Assembly: GCA_001662655.1 (NCBI GenBank) | Contig: KV460225.1 | Length of the DNA stretch: 64,000 bases | From: Pseudogymnoascus verrucosus | Taxonomy: Eukaryota | Strand: one strand, 5' to 3' | Shown here: piece by piece, positions 63,781 to 64,000 of the stretch | Layout of the letters: every line of letters starts with the position of its first letter | How positions within the stretch are numbered: the first letter of the stretch is position 1 | Notes under the pieces: model-generated | The model's input: only the letters and a program-made list of their open reading frames with translations | The model's database searches: none | What the model was told of the DNA's origin: nothing | Position numbers and translations under genes: made by a program

Positions 63781-64000
63781 ATGGGCCTCGATAACGGCGC
63801 AAGCGCTACTATCCATAAAGTGGAAGAGGCGAACCTCATAGCTGCCTTAGAGGAAGCCGTTCAAGCTGGCCTTCCCGGCATTTCTTGCACCATTGCTACA
63901 AAGAAAGGTGTTATATGGCAGGGCTGTGCCGGAGATGCAGATATCGACACTGGCTCACCCATTGAGGAGCGGCATCTGTTTGGGATCGGCAGCATCACAA
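63781..64000 (+). CDS. Second beta-lactamase/D-Ala-D-Ala peptidase-fold hydrolase, 5' part (runs off the window)
   Basis: MGLDNGASATIHKVEEANLIAALEEAVQAGLPGISCTIA..GDADIDTGSPIEERHLFGIGSIT: the PG motif and F.IGSIT leading into the SxxK lysine. Confidence 0.75.
   Translation, partial: MGLDNGASATIHKVEEANLIAALEEAVQAGLPGISCTIATKKGVIWQGCAGDADIDTGSPIEERHLFGIGSIT

Overview
Genomic DNA from a filamentous ascomycete, based on GT-AG introns with CTRAC/CTAAT branch sites, fungal gene families and RIP-type mutation scars. The window has two halves. Positions ~0.3-37.7 kb are a block of housekeeping genes: RNase T2, RXT3, BTN1, dynactin p150, an Mtr-type amino acid permease, a Q-rich orphan, PFK-2/FBPase-2, a BLOS1-like protein with a PHD-like finger, RPS8 and a DOCK GEF. 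From ~37.8 kb onward the sequence looks accessory. It holds an MDR reductase, RIP-eroded relics and a compact four-gene group (Zn2Cys6 factor, neutral trehalase, alpha-glucoside permease, aldo-keto reductase) that resembles a MAL-style trehalose uptake and hydrolysis locus. This is followed by a RIP-inactivated DUF3435-type tyrosine recombinase (Starship captain-like) with cargo-like genes downstream: a conserved hypothetical gene with one premature stop, a GT32 pseudogene and two beta-lactamase-fold hydrolases. Several short tandem arrays and palindromes also occur. All family assignments come from motif recognition by eye, not database searches, and exon boundaries are manual estimates.
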